Shown in pieces: positions 51,079 to 64,000 of a stretch of DNA of 64,000 nt. Origin of the DNA: the human T2T-CHM13v2.0 reference genome, Homo sapiens. The number at the start of each line of letters is the position of its first letter. Within the stretch, counting starts at the first letter, position 1. A model generated the notes under the pieces. That model saw only the letters and a program-made list of their open reading frames with translations, did not search any database and had not been told where the DNA came from. The position numbers were made by a program, and so were the translations under genes. The stretch is taken from NCBI RefSeq assembly GCF_009914755.1, contig NC_060947.1. The stretch is one strand, 5' to 3'.

Positions 51079-53851
51079 GACACTCTTCAAAAAAAGCCGA
51101 GCTATAGTTTTATGTCCTAATTTAATATCACAGTTGATCTTTGACCTTTTATAAATCTTTTACCAAGCTGCTTCCTGGAGCCCACGAATTATCTTTGAGG
51201 TGGCATTTACTGTTTTAAATTTCTTGCTGAGTCACTCAATTACTTCTTATGGTTTCTGACTACTTAAAGATGTCCTAGCTTTTGAGGGGAACTTGTTACC
51301 AACTGTGTATAAAGCAGGAGATGCTACCTAAGAAGTCAGGATTAGTTGTTCTGACATAGTTGGACATATTTTTCATCAAGGAAGTAACACTTAAACTGCT
51401 GCTTGTCCAACGTATCTTTATTTTCTAGGCCTGTGCTATTCGTTAGGAAAGATGACATAATGAATAGACCAGGCACATGTGTGACTACTGACTCTCAAAA
51501 ACTAGCCAAGCTGAATGCTAAGTAAATGAATGTAGCAAAAGAGCTTATTAATAGCCCAGAAGTCACACAGAGAATGCTGTCAAATCTTTCAGAGACAGAT
51601 CGGTAAGTATACATAGCATCTTGCTTATCTTCACATTAGAGCTGCTGTGAATGAGCCACTTAATAATAATCTTGGAGAGTCTTGAATAAACAGCCTGGGC
51701 ACTTTAAGGGTTGCCTACATTACAACTATAGAAACATTCTGCTAGAACGCAGAAAGCAGAAGTTATGTTTTCTCCGTGGTCTGAAAAGTACTTAGTAGAA
51801 AGTCATTGCACGCTAAGTCTCTCATTGCACACTGTTTCCTCACTTGAAGGATGGGATATTGGCACTTGTTTTGATTATAACATAGAAATCCAGATTTTTT
51901 TGTCTATACTTTATACTTCTCAGGGTTGGACTTGGAGACCAATTGCCCTAGCTAATGCTAAGCATTGACTATAGGATGATATTTGGAAAAAATAACTGTG
52001 ACCTCAACTGAATGGTTTTGTCCTAGAACTCCTGAGGGACTCAATGTGGAAAGTGATATGGAAGGCCTGACAATAAAGTAATAATGTAGAGTGCTTTTCA
52101 GAAAGATGAGAAATTACTTGAGCCAGTGAGGTGTTTTCTCTTGAAAAGCAGTCCTCTCAAAAGTTCAGAATTCTTTTACCAATGTTAGCATTGCATAAAC
52201 CATTTCTGAAACCCATTTTGAAAATTAAATTTCTACCTAATATTCTTCAGGTCAGCCATATGTCATTCCTTACTGGTAATTAGATTATTTGCAGCATCCA
52301 AAATATACTCAGAGCCTGTTTTTAACTAATTAAATTTTCAGTTAAGCTAGTTAATAATAATTTAGGACTCAAAATTATGTGAGATTATATAGTAATGAAA
52401 CTTACTTTTTAAATGGCTAAAGAATTAGCTCTGGTAAGACTTTTAAAGGGGATGCTCCAAAAAGGTTTTGGGAAAATGGAGTATGAATTTAATAGGTGTG
52501 AGGCTTTCCGGCGGAGGGGGGGCGGGGAGCGGGGGTGGCACTCACAAAGAGAGGACACGCACTTTGAGAGATATGTTCAGAGAGCCTTGCTAAGAATTTG
52601 ATCATATTTTTTCATAGTCAAAATATATTTGATCTTGGTGGTTTTGTTCACATAGTAGGTGATGTTAGGGAGATCAGAAGGAGCAAGAAACAGAGCTTTT
52701 GGGGTCATGGGAGGAAATTTAGATACTTCTAAATATAAGAGTACATTATTGGTGATTTTTAAGAAGAGAAGTGACATACTTAGAATTACATTTATTCTGC
52801 GGTCAGAATGGACTAGAGGGTGGGAAGCTAAGTGAATCTGAGTCATGCAGCTGTTGCTGTCACCCAGATCAAAGATTATGGTAGCTGGGGCAGTGGCTCT
52901 AGACATTTAGGAAAGTGACCAGAACTAAAAGATATTTAAAAAGTAAAACATAATAGTTACCATAGCTTAACATTTATAGGGCTGTCTCTTATATGTCCTT
53001 TCATATATGCTGATAGTATCACACTAAAATGAACATACTATTTGCCGATAACATTTGTTCCTGGTTTAAGAGAAGGGCAAACCCGAGAGAACAATTGAGC
53101 TGAATAAACTGTAGGTTTATATAATAAATATACTCATTTATACATAGCAGTGAGCAACTCGTGATTTTAAAACAGTGATTCATAAAACAAAATAATATGA
53201 TTGGGGATAGTCTTTTTGAACATTGAAGTTATATTTGAATACATTTGGCCTGTCATTCCCTATAATTTATATATATGCAATCAAATTCAAAGTGAGCTTC
53301 AGCTTTCATTTGAGCGGAGTGTTTTTTACAGTAATTGCGAATTTGGCAGGATTCGCTTTTGGTGGGAGTTCTTGATAATTGTTTCTTTGAATGGAAATGG
53401 TCCCAATTATTTTTTTATGTGTGAATTATTCTTCCCTAGTATCAGCTGTTGATGTAGCATGAAACAAGTGAAACAGCACGGTGGCACTGATTCCTTCTCG
53501 TTTTGACAAACTGACCTGTCATTAATGATTTCTACTGGGAAATGCTGACAATAACTTTTGGAACTTCGTCCCGGAGGTGGGATCCTTATTTGAAATAGAA
53601 AGAAGCCCAGATGAAACTACCATCTGCACAGGAGCCAGCTTCGGAGTCCTAGCAGCACGGGCCTGACTGTCTAGTGGGCAAACACCTGTGGTCTGTCTAT
53701 ACCAAGCAATTGCAGCACCAAACTGAATACTTTACACCTGTAAAGCCTCATTTATCCAGGTCGAGCTGCTGATTGGAATGGCATACTTAGAGATTTCAGT
53801 TCAACAGATAGGATATTCAAAAGGGAAAAACAATTGTAAAACTTCAGCTGA

Positions 53852-54156
<305 letters not shown>

Positions 54157-54329
54157 TTAGCTAAGTGCCATCTTTAAAATGACAAAACAATCACTAGATC
54201 CAACGGAGAAGGGAAATCAGATAAGATAGATACTTGGAATCACAAAACAAAGTAATTGGCTGTTGTTGCTCTGGTAAAGATATTTATTTGTTATCAATAT
54301 AGGAAAAATATACGTGGCAGATAAAATTA

Positions 54330-54757
54330 TTTTGAGCCCACTATTGCCTCTCCCTGGGCATGCAGTGAGAGCACATTTCTCAGTATCTAGTGTAGTTGGG
54401 TGGGGGTAATGTGACTGAGTTCCAGTTAGTGGAAATGTGAGCAAAAGTGATGTGATATTTCTACTGTCATGCAAATAAGAGTAAATGACTCTTTTGTCAG
54501 CTGACTTTCTCAGAACTCTGGGTACAGATAGAAACAAAGCACTCTGTTATGGTAATAGTGCAAAATAGTAATAACCTAGATTTCTGAGTCTCTTACTGAA
54601 GTTGACCATTGGACTACAGAGTGAGAAATGCATCTGATCTGTCTTCAGTCCCTGAAATTTAGGGGGCTACTTTTTTGTCTCTCCATAGCCTGGATAACCT
54701 TTAAATACTAATCCTAATCCTAATCCTAATCCTAATCCTAATACTAATACTAATACA
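54330..54757 (+). mobile_element. Old ERVL/MaLR LTR (MLT1J/LTR33-like) ending in a (TAATCC)5(TAATAC)3 expansion
   Basis: atgtgactgagttccagttagtggaaatgtgagcaaaagtgatgtg motif; ctaataca terminus. Confidence 0.55.
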
Positions 54758-55099
54758 TAAGGATAGCAGCAACAGCTACTGTATGTGGGTCACATAATAT
54801 GAGCTAGGTGTTGTGCTAAGCCTTTCACAAAAGATATTTCATGCTATCCTCACAAACAAAATCTGCCAGGTAAATACTACAATTCTTATTTCACGAAATT
54901 AAGAAACAAACTCAGAGTAGGAAAGTGATTGACCTAAGGTCTCACAGTTAGTAATCACGTCACAATCCAACTGCCTGGTTTTAAATGTGTTTTTTTCTCT
55001 ATATACGGCAGCCACTGAGTGCTCATACGTCAAACAGTTGTTTCCATATTTCACATGCAAGTTTTCACTATTCAAATTTCTTTTTTTTCTTTACCTATA

Positions 55100-55452
55100 T
55101 GACATGGTTTGACTGTGTCCCCACCAAATCTCAACTTGAATTGTATCTCCCAGAATTCCCACGTGTTGTGGGAGGGACCCAGGCGGAGGCAATTGAATCA
55201 TGGGGGCTGGTCTTTCCCATGCTATTCTCGTGATAGTAAATAAGTCTCATGAGATCTGATGGGTTTATCAGGGGTTTCTGCTTTTGCTTCCTCTTCATTT
55301 TCTCTTGCCGCCACCATGTAAGAAGTGCCTTTCACCCTCTGCCATGATTATGAGACCTCCCCAGCCATGTGGAACTGGAAGTCAAATTAAACCTCCTTTT
55401 CTTCCCAGTCTCAGGTATGTCTTTATCAGCAACATAAAAACGAACTAATACA
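55100..55452 (+). mobile_element. THE1A/B solo LTR
   Basis: tgacatggtttgactgtgtccccaccaaatctcaacttgaattgtatctcccagaattccc...actaataca; perfect TSD CTATA. Confidence 0.9.
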
Positions 55453-55750
55453 CTATAACACTGACAAAAAGTAACACATTTTATTGGCCACAGTATGAGA
55501 AAACAAGCACACCCACACATTGAGTGGTAGAAGTATAAATGTTCTTTGTATGAAGTTTCACATGCCTTTTCACTGAACAGATCTAGTTTTAGAAATTTAT
55601 TATACAAATATACTTGTATGTGTGTGATTTACACACTAAGTTGGTCCTTACATTACTTGTTATAACAGTAAAATATTAGAAGAAAACTAAATATAAATCA
55701 GTAAGTGGCTGTTTAAATAAATGATGCTAAGTATACACCATACTATGTTG

Positions 55751-55952
55751 CATGGACACAGGAAGGGGAACATCACACACCGGGGACTGTTGTGGGGTGG
55801 GGGGAGGGGGGAGGGATAGCATTAGGAGATATACCTAATGTTAAACGATGATTTAATGGATGCAGCACACCAACATGGCACATGTATACATATGTAACAA
55901 ACCTGCACGTTGTGCACATGTACCCTAAAACTTAAAGCACAATAAAAAAAAA
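55751..55952 (+). mobile_element. Short L1PA(4/5-like) 3' end
   Basis: catggacacaggaaggggaacatcacacacc, G-rich tract, cacatgtaccctaaaacttaaag, A-tail. Confidence 0.85.
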
Positions 55953-58900
55953 TGAGCAAATACTTTACATACTAGGGACAGGGAAAATGGCAGATTTTTT
56001 TTTTTTACATTTTGTACGTTATTGTTACACTTTGAAATTTTACAATATGATGCATTACCCTTACAAAAATAATTTAAAATTTTTAAATGTGTGCTTATAT
56101 CTTGTTTCTTAAGGATGGCTACTTCAGAGTTCTATTGTCATTCTTTATACCTATTCTATACCTTTCTTTGTATATACTTGGTAGTCAATAAAATCTATTT
56201 TAAAAAGCCTATTTTGAAGGTAAGAGGTTTTTTTTCATTTTTGGTTTTTTAAAATTTTTATATTTTTAATTTTTATGGCTGCATAGTAGGTATACATATT
56301 GATGTGTTACATGAAATGTTTTGAAATGGGAATCCAATGTGAAATGATCCCATTGTGGAGAATGGGGTATCCATCTCCTTGTGTTACAGACAATTCAATT
56401 ACATTCCTTTAGTTATTTTGAAATGTATAATTAAGTCATTATTGACTACAGACACCCCATTATGGTATCAAATAGTAGGTCTTACTCATTCCTTCCGACT
56501 AGTTTTTTGTACCCATTTACCATTCCCACATACCCCCACCCCATCCTCACTATCCTTCCGAGCCTCTAGTAACCATCCTTCTACTCTATATGTGCATGAG
56601 TTCAATTCTTCTAATTTTTAGATCCCACAGATAAGTGAGAACATGTGATGTTTGTCTTTCCATGCCTGGTTCATTTCACTTAATGTAATGATCTCCAGTT
56701 CCATTCATGTTGCTACCAACAACTGGATCTCATTTTTTTATGGCTGAATAGTACATCATTGTGTATATGTACCACATTTTCTTTATCCATTCATCTGTTG
56801 ATGGACATATAGGTTGCTTCTACATCCTGGTTATTGTGAACAGTGCTGCAACAAACAGGGGAGTGCAGATGACTCTTTGATATACTGATTTCCTTTCTTT
56901 TGGGTACATGCACATCAGTGGAATTGCTGGATCACACGGTAGCTCAACTTATAGTGTTTTGAGGAACCTCTAAACTGTCCTTCATAGGGGTTGTACTAAT
57001 TTACATTCCTACCAACAGTGTACAAGGGTTTCCTTTTCTCTACATCTTCGCCATCATTTGTTATTGCCTGTCTTTGGGATAAAAGCCATCTTAATGGGGT
57101 GAGAGAATATTTCATTGTAGTTTTGATTTGCATTTCTCTGATGATTGATGATGTTGAGAAACTTTTCATATATCTGTTTGTCATTTGAACGTCTTCTTTT
57201 GAGAAATGTCTATTCAAATCAATTACCCATTTCTTAGTTGGATTATTAGTTTTTTCTCCCTATAGAGTTGCTTGAGTTATTTTCTGATTATTAATCCTCT
57301 ATCAGGTAGGTAGTTTGCAAATAATTTCTCCTTATTTTGAAGGTCGTCTATTCACTTTCTTGACTGTTTCCCTTGTGCAGAAGTTTTTTAACTGGACCCC
57401 ATTTGTCCATTTTTGCTTTAATTGCCTGTGCTAATGAGGTATTGCTCAATAAATTTTTGCCCACACAAATGTCCTGGAGATTTTCCCCAATGTTTTGTTG
57501 TAGTAGTTTCATAGTTTCATGTATTAGGTCTAAGTCTTTAATCCACTTTGATTTGATTTTTGTATAAGGCAAGATATAGGTGTCTAGTTTCATTCTTCTG
57601 CATATGGAAATCTAGTTTTCATAGCAGCATTTACTGGAGACTGTCTTTTCTCCAGTGTATGTTTTTGGCACCTTTGTCAAAAATGAGTTCACTGAAGATG
57701 TATGGATATTTTTCTGGATTCTTTATTCTGTTCTATTGGTCTATGCATCTGTTTTTGTGACATTATCATGCTGTTTTGGTTACTATAGCTCTGTAGTATA
57801 ATTTGAAGTAAGGTACCATGATTATTCCTGTTATCTTATTTTTGCTTAGGATAGCTTTCGCTATTCTGTGTCTTTTGCAGTTCCATATAAATTTTAGGAT
57901 TATGTTTTCTATTTCTATGAAGACTGTCCTTGGTATTTTTATAGATATTTCATTGAATGTGCAGATTGCTTTGGGTAGTATGGACATTGTAACAATACAG
58001 ATTCTTCCAGTCTGTGAACATGGAATATTTTCCTACTTTTTGGTGTCCCCTTCTATTTATTTCATCAGTGTTTTATCGTTTTTATTACATAGATCTTTCA
58101 CTTTCTTGGTTAATTCCTGGGTAATTAATTTTATTTGTGGCTATTATGAATGAGATTATTTTTTGATTAGTGTTTCAGATTGTTCATTGTTGGGATATAG
58201 AAACGCTACTGATGTGTTTGTTGATTTTGTTTCATGATACTTTATTGAATTTGTTTATCAGCTCTAAAAGCTTTTTGATGGAATCTTTATGTTTTCCCAA
58301 ATGTAAGACTATATGATCTGCAAATAAAGATAATTTGACTTCTTCATTCCAAATTGGATGCCTTTTATTTCTTTCTCTTTTCTGCATGCTCCAGCTAGGC
58401 ATTCCAGTACTATGTTGAATAACAGTGGAAACAGTGGGCATCTTTGTTGTGTTCCAGATTTTAGAGAAAAGGCTTTCAGTCATTCACCATTCAGCATGAT
58501 ACTAGCTGTGAGTCTATCACAAATTACTTTTATTATGTTCTTTCAATACCAAATTTTTGGAGGGTTTTTATCATGAAAGGATGTAGAAATTTACAAATGC
58601 ATTTCAGCTTCAACTGAAATGATTATATAATTTTTATTCTTCATTCTGTTAGGGAAAAATAACGCTTCGACATGATGAATGATCTTTCTAATATATTGTT
58701 GAATTCAGTTTCCTAGTATTTTGTTGAGGATTTTTACATCAATATTCATCAGAGGTATTGGCCTGCAGTTTTCATTTTTTGACATGTCTTTGTCTGCTTT
58801 TGGTAGTAGGGTAACACTGGCCTCAGAAAAATGAGATTAGAAGCATTTATTCCTCCTCTATTTTTTGAAGTAATTTGACTAGAATTGATATTAGTTGTTC

Positions 58901-60688
58901 TTTAAACGTTTGGAATAATTCAGCAGTGGAGCCATTGGGTCCTAGGCTTTTCTTTACTGGGAAAATTTTTGCTATGGCTTTAGTTTCATTACCTGTTATT
59001 GGTCTGTGATGGTTTTGGAGTTCTTTCTGGTTCTACCTTGGTCGGTTGTATGTGTCTAGGAATTTTCCCATTTAGTCTAGATTCTCCAATATATTGGTAT
59101 ATAGTTGCTCATAGTAGCCACTAACAATGCTTTCAATTTCTTTGGTGTCAGTCGTAATGTCTTTTTTTTCTCATTTATGATTTTATTTAATGCATCTTTT
59201 CTCTTTCTTTCTTTATCTGGCTAAAAGTTTGTCAATTTTAACTTTTCAAAAAAAAGACACTTTTTGTTTCATTGATCTTTTGTATGTTTTTCATTTCAAT
59301 TACATTTATTTATGCTCTGATGTTTATAATTTCTTTTCTTCTATCAATTTTGAGTCTGGTTTGCTCTTGCACTTCTAGTTCTTTAAGACACAACTTTAGA
59401 TTGTTCATTTGAAGTTTTTACTTTTTTTATGTAGGCACTTGTAGCAATATATACTTGCATCTTAGTACTGCTTTTACTGTATCTCGTATGTTTGGTATGT
59501 TGTATTTTCATTATCATTTGTTTCAGTAATTTTTTTAATTTCCTTATTAATTTCTTTATGGATGCATAGGTCACTCAGAAGCATATTTTCAAAATTTCTA
59601 TATATTTGTATGGTTTCAAAAATTCTTCTTGTTATTAATCACTAGTTTCATTCCATGGTGGTCAGAGAAGATGACTGATATTATTTCATCTTTTTGTATG
59701 TTTGAAGACGTGTCTTTTGTCCTAATAAGTGGTCAATATTTGAGAATGATCCATGTTCTGAGAGAGAAAATGTGCATTCTGTAGGCATTGGATGAAATGT
59801 TGTGTAAATATCTACTAGATTCATTTGTTCTGTAGTGCAGATGAAGTTTGATGTCTCTGTGTTGATTTTCTCTAAAGAAGATCTGTTCAGTTCTGAAAGT
59901 GGGGTGTTGAAGTCTCCAACTATTATTGTATTGGGGCCTATTTCTCTCTTTAGCTCTAATAGTATTTACTTTATTTATCTTGGTGCTTCAGTGTTTGGTG
60001 AATATATATTTAAAATTGTTAAAACCTATTGCAGAATTGGCCCTTTTATTACTATATAGTGACCTTAATTGTCTCTTCTCACAGTTTTTGTCTTGAAATC
60101 TGTTCTGTCTGATATAAGTATAGCGGCTCCTGCTTTTTCTTTTGGTTTCTCTTGGCATGGAACATTTTTTTCCATCCCTTTATTTTCAGTCTATGTGTGT
60201 CTTTAGAAGTGAAATGTGTTTCTTGCATGCAACAGATCAATGAATCTTTTTTTTTTCACGTATTCAGCAAGTTTATGTCATTTGATTGGAGAGTTTAGTT
60301 TGTTTACATTCAATGTTATTATTAATAAGTAAGGACTTACTCTGCTATTTTGCTATTTTTTACTGGTTGTTTTGTGGCCTTTTCTACCTTCTTTCTTTTC
60401 TTCCTGTTTTCCTTTAGTGAAAGCCATTTTCTCTAGTGATATAATTTACTTTCTTGCATTTTATTTTTTGTTTATCCATTGTATGTTTTTTGGTTTGAGG
60501 TTACCATGAGGCTTGCAAATACTATCTTAATACCATTATTTTGACATAACTTGTTAACATTGCTTACATAAATAAACAAGCAAAATGAAAACTGACAAAA
60601 ACTCTAAGTTTATCCTCCCGCTTTTAACATTTTATCATTTCTATTTATATATTATTTCTATCAATAGTTTCTATTTCTTGAGGAGTTG

Positions 60689-61596
60689 TTTTTTTTTCCT
60701 TATTTTTAATTATTATTTTTAGTTCTGGGGTACATCTGCAGGATGCGCAGGTTTGTTACATAGATAAATGTATGCCATAGTGGTTTACTGCACATGTCAA
60801 CCTTCCTTCTAGGGGTACCTCTCAGGGTTATCAGTGTTCTACCCATAAACCCCTGGCTGGGGATGCTGAGATTCCCACAGGGAGGCCCTGTCCAGTGAGA
60901 AGGAGTGGATCCAGGTCTTCATCTCACTGGTGCCTGTGGCAAGGGAAAGCCTCTGACAGTGATGGCAGCCACCCCTTCCCTCAGAAAACTCTGTCTTCTT
61001 AGGCAGTTTCTTGCTGGCTGTGCTGGCTTTGGATGGGGGCTGATTCCAAGCCAGTGGGTTCTGGCGTGTAGAGTTCTGTGGGAGCGAGGCCACTTGGCTC
61101 CATGGCTTCAGCCCTCTCTTTACAAGATTGGACGGATCTCCTGCCTCACGGGATTTCCCAGAGCTGGAGTATGCTAATACTCCTGTGTCTCAGTGCCTGC
61201 TCAAAGTGGCCACCCATCCAAGCAGCTGCCCTGATTCTCCACAGCTTTATTCTTGGGACTGAAGACTCTGGTAGGGTGGGCTCAGGAGGGGACTTCCGGA
61301 TTCAGAGGTTGCAAGGATCCGTGGGAAAAGCCTGGTTTTCAGAGAGGAGAAGCTAGGTCCCTCACCATCTTCCTGCTTGGGGGATGGAGCTCCCTTTGCC
61401 ATGTGCAGCACCTGGGTAGGGTCTTGCTCCACCCTGCTTATGTTCACTCTCCGTGGGTCATGCCTGCCACCTAGTCAGTCTCAATAAGAGAACTTTGGTA
61501 CCTCAATTGAAGATGCAGAGTTGACTTGCAGTTTTCAACCTTCTTGGTGGGAACTACAGAGCAGAGCTGCCTCTATTCAGCCATCTTGGCTCCACC
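60689..61596 (-). mobile_element. Internally deleted L1PA (about PA8-13 era): ~800-bp 5'UTR fused to the terminal ~110 bp
   Basis: Sense 5' end GGAGCCAAGATGGCTGAATAG near 61593; 3' terminal tatgtaacaaacctgc..gtaccccagaac plus A-rich tail at 60689-60802; no ORF1/ORF2 between. Confidence 0.75.
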
Positions 61597-62294
61597 TTGT
61601 TATTATTTTTTATTGATTTATTGTTTAGTCTTTCTCTTTAGGATAAGAGTAGTTTACACTCCAGGATTACAGTGTTATGATATTCTGTGTTTTTCTGTGT
61701 ACTCTGTATTACCAGTGAGTTTTGTACCTTCCATTTATTATTTATTGCTCATTAACGTTCTTTTCTTTATGACTGATATACTTCCTTTAGCATTTCTTGT
61801 AGGATAAGTCTGATGTTGATGAAATTCCTCAGATTTTGGGTCTGGAAGTCTTTATTTCTCCTTCATGGTTGAAGGATATTTTCACCAGATGTACTAATCT
61901 AGGGCAAAAAAAAAAAAAAAACAAAAAACTTTTCCCATCAATATTTCAAATATGCCTTATCAGTCTCTCCTGGGCTCTATGATATCCACTTGAAACTACT
62001 GTTCCCAGATGCATTGGAGCTCCATTGTATGTTATTTATTTCTTTTCTCTTGCTACCTTAATGATCCTTTCTTAGTCCTTGATCTTTGGGAGTTTGATTA
62101 TCAAATTCCTTGAAGTTGTCTTCTTTGGGTTAAATCTGCCTCGTGTTGTATAATCTTCTTGTATGTGGATATTGATACATTTTCTTTAAGTTTGGAAAGT
62201 TCTCTGTTATCCCTTTAAATAAACTTTCTATCCCCATCTCTTTGTCTACCTCCTATGTAAGGCCAATAATTCTTACATTTGTCCTTTTTGAGCC

Positions 62295-62571
62295 TTTTTT
62301 TTTTTTTTGAGATATAGTCTCTCTCTGTCTCCCAGGATGGAATACACTGCAACCTCCACCTCCCAGGTTCAAACTATTCTCCTACCTCAGCCTCCTGCAT
62401 AGCTAGGATTATAGGCATGTGTCACCACGCCCTGCTAATTTTTGTATTTTTAGTAGAGACAGGGTTTTGCCATGATGGCCAGGCTGGTCTTGAACTCCTG
62501 ACCTCAGGTGACCCACCCACCTCGGCCTCCCAAAGTGCTGGGATTACAGGCATGAGCCACCACACCCAGCC
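62295..62571 (-). mobile_element. AluS(x)-like with a small internal deletion, nested in L1
   Basis: Poly(T), tcctgacctcaggtga, caaagtgctgggattacagg; TSD tttt[t/g]gagc. Confidence 0.9.
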
Positions 62572-64000
62572 TTTTGGAGCTATTTTCTAGATCCTGTAGC
62601 TGTGCTACATTTTTTAAATTCTTTTTTCTTTTGTCTCCTCTGACTGTGTATTTTCAAATAACCTGTCTTCAAGCTAACTGATTTTTTCTGCTTGACCAAT
62701 TCTGCTATTAAAAGACTTTGATGCATTCTTCAGTATGCCAATTACATTTTTAACTCCACACTTCCTGCTTGATTATTTTTAATTATTTAAATCTCTTTAT
62801 TACATTTTTCTGATAAAATTCGGAGTTTCTTTTCTGTGTTATCTTGAATTTCTTTTAGGTTTCCTCAACATAGCTGTTTTGAATTATCTGTCTAAAAAGT
62901 CATATATCTCTGCTTCTCAAAAATTGTTCCCTGGTGTATTATTTAATTCATTTGATGAGGTCATGTTTTTCTGGATGTTGTTGATACTAGTAGATGTTTT
63001 TCAGTGTCTGGGCATTGAAGAGTTAGGTATTTATTGTAGTCTTCACTTTCTAGGTTTATTTGTAGCCATTCTCCTTGGAGAGGCTTTCCAGATATTTGAA
63101 AAGACTCGGATGGTGTTATCAAAACTGTTTCTGCTTAGAGGGCATGCCAAGCCCAGTAACACTATGTTTCTTGCAGACTCATTGATGGTCTTGGACAATA
63201 TCAGGGAGAAATCTATGGATTACAAAGTGGAGACTCTTGTTCTCTTTTCTTACTCTCCCTCAAACGTACAGAGTCTCTTTCTCTGTTCTGAGTCACCTAA
63301 AGCTGGTAGTAGAGTAATACAAGTTCCCTTGTGGCCACTACCACCATGACTGTGCTGGGTCAGACCTGAAGGGAGCATAGCACTGGGTCTCACCCATGAC
63401 CTACTGTAACCATTCCCTGGCTATGGCCATGTTTCCTCAAGGGTCTGAGGCTCTGCAGTCAGCACATGCCAAAGCCCATTAGGCTAATTTTCTCCCTTCA
63501 GGGCAATGAGTTTCTCTCTGCGTAGCTGGTTCCAGAAATGTTATCCAGGAGTCACGGAGTAGGGTAATAAACCTTAGAAGTCTAGTTGATGTTCTATTTT
63601 ATAGTACCTGGGTGGGGAGACACAGTGCTTTCCCCTCTTCCTTCCCCTTTCCAAAGGCAAGGAACTTCACCCTGTAGCCACCACTACCACAGGCCACAGT
63701 GAGTGCTGCCAGACTACTGCTGGTATTTCCTTAAGGCCCAAGGACTTTGAAGTCAGCTTGTGGTGAATGCTGCCTAGCTGGAACTCACGCTGCCAGACAG
63801 TGGGCTCCCTTCTGGCCCAGGGCTGGTCCAAAGATGCCATCCAAGAGACAACTCGTGGAATAGGGGACTCCAAGAGCCTGGTTGGTGCTCTACTCTTCTG
63901 TGGCCATGCTGGTACATAAGGTGCAAGACAATGTCTCCTTTAATTTTCCCTCTGCTTTTGTCAAGCAGTAGAAGTTTCATCTTATAGCAACCACAGCCAG

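Larger units (their letters stand above)
56230..64000 (-). mobile_element. Near full-length old L1 (L1MA1-3 type), minus strand, 5'UTR running off the window end; nested L1PA and Alu
   Basis: Reverse L1MA 3' end (gtggagaatggggtatccatc); ORF2 remnants ([16 protein letters not shown]; [10 protein letters not shown]); ORF1 and 5'UTR homologous to 24-26 kb. Confidence 0.88.

Noticed and set aside
52508-52540. Short G-rich, CpG-containing run (possible G4 or Sp1 site)
   Set aside because: Too short for a CpG island, isolated in repeat-derived DNA, no associated gene.
53400-53760. Non-repetitive stretch rich in TF-like motifs (possible enhancer)
   Set aside because: Cannot be supported without conservation or chromatin data.

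Overview
Primate (most likely human) X-chromosome DNA, AT-rich and largely interspersed repeats. It holds one recognisable protein-coding gene, the two-exon sperm-nucleus/cancer-testis gene SPANXN4 (+ strand; CDS 36653-36730 + 44662-44883, 99 aa). The 7,931-bp intron is almost entirely filled by an antisense, full-length but decayed gammaretrovirus-like provirus (36738-44474) with both LTRs, a 5-bp TSD, a tRNA-Phe PBS, a PPT and gag/pro/pol/env remnants. Two long, old L1MA-type LINEs in opposite orientation flank the gene (about 23.6-32.2 kb + and 56.2->64 kb -), with nested Alu, THE1/MST and L1PA insertions. The rest is MIR, L2, MLT, MER58 and simple repeats. I see no evidence of a wholly new multi-gene system. 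The most notable details are: the provirus TSD lies inside the SPANXN4 splice donor; its two LTRs differ sharply in CpG retention; a 35-bp copy of the SPANX promoter sits in an L1 1 kb upstream; an internally deleted L1 joins its 5'UTR to its 3' tail; two tail-to-tail L2 ends form a hairpin; and the exon 2 acceptor is a tandem NAGNAG. Repeat subfamily names come from remembered consensus features, not a database search.
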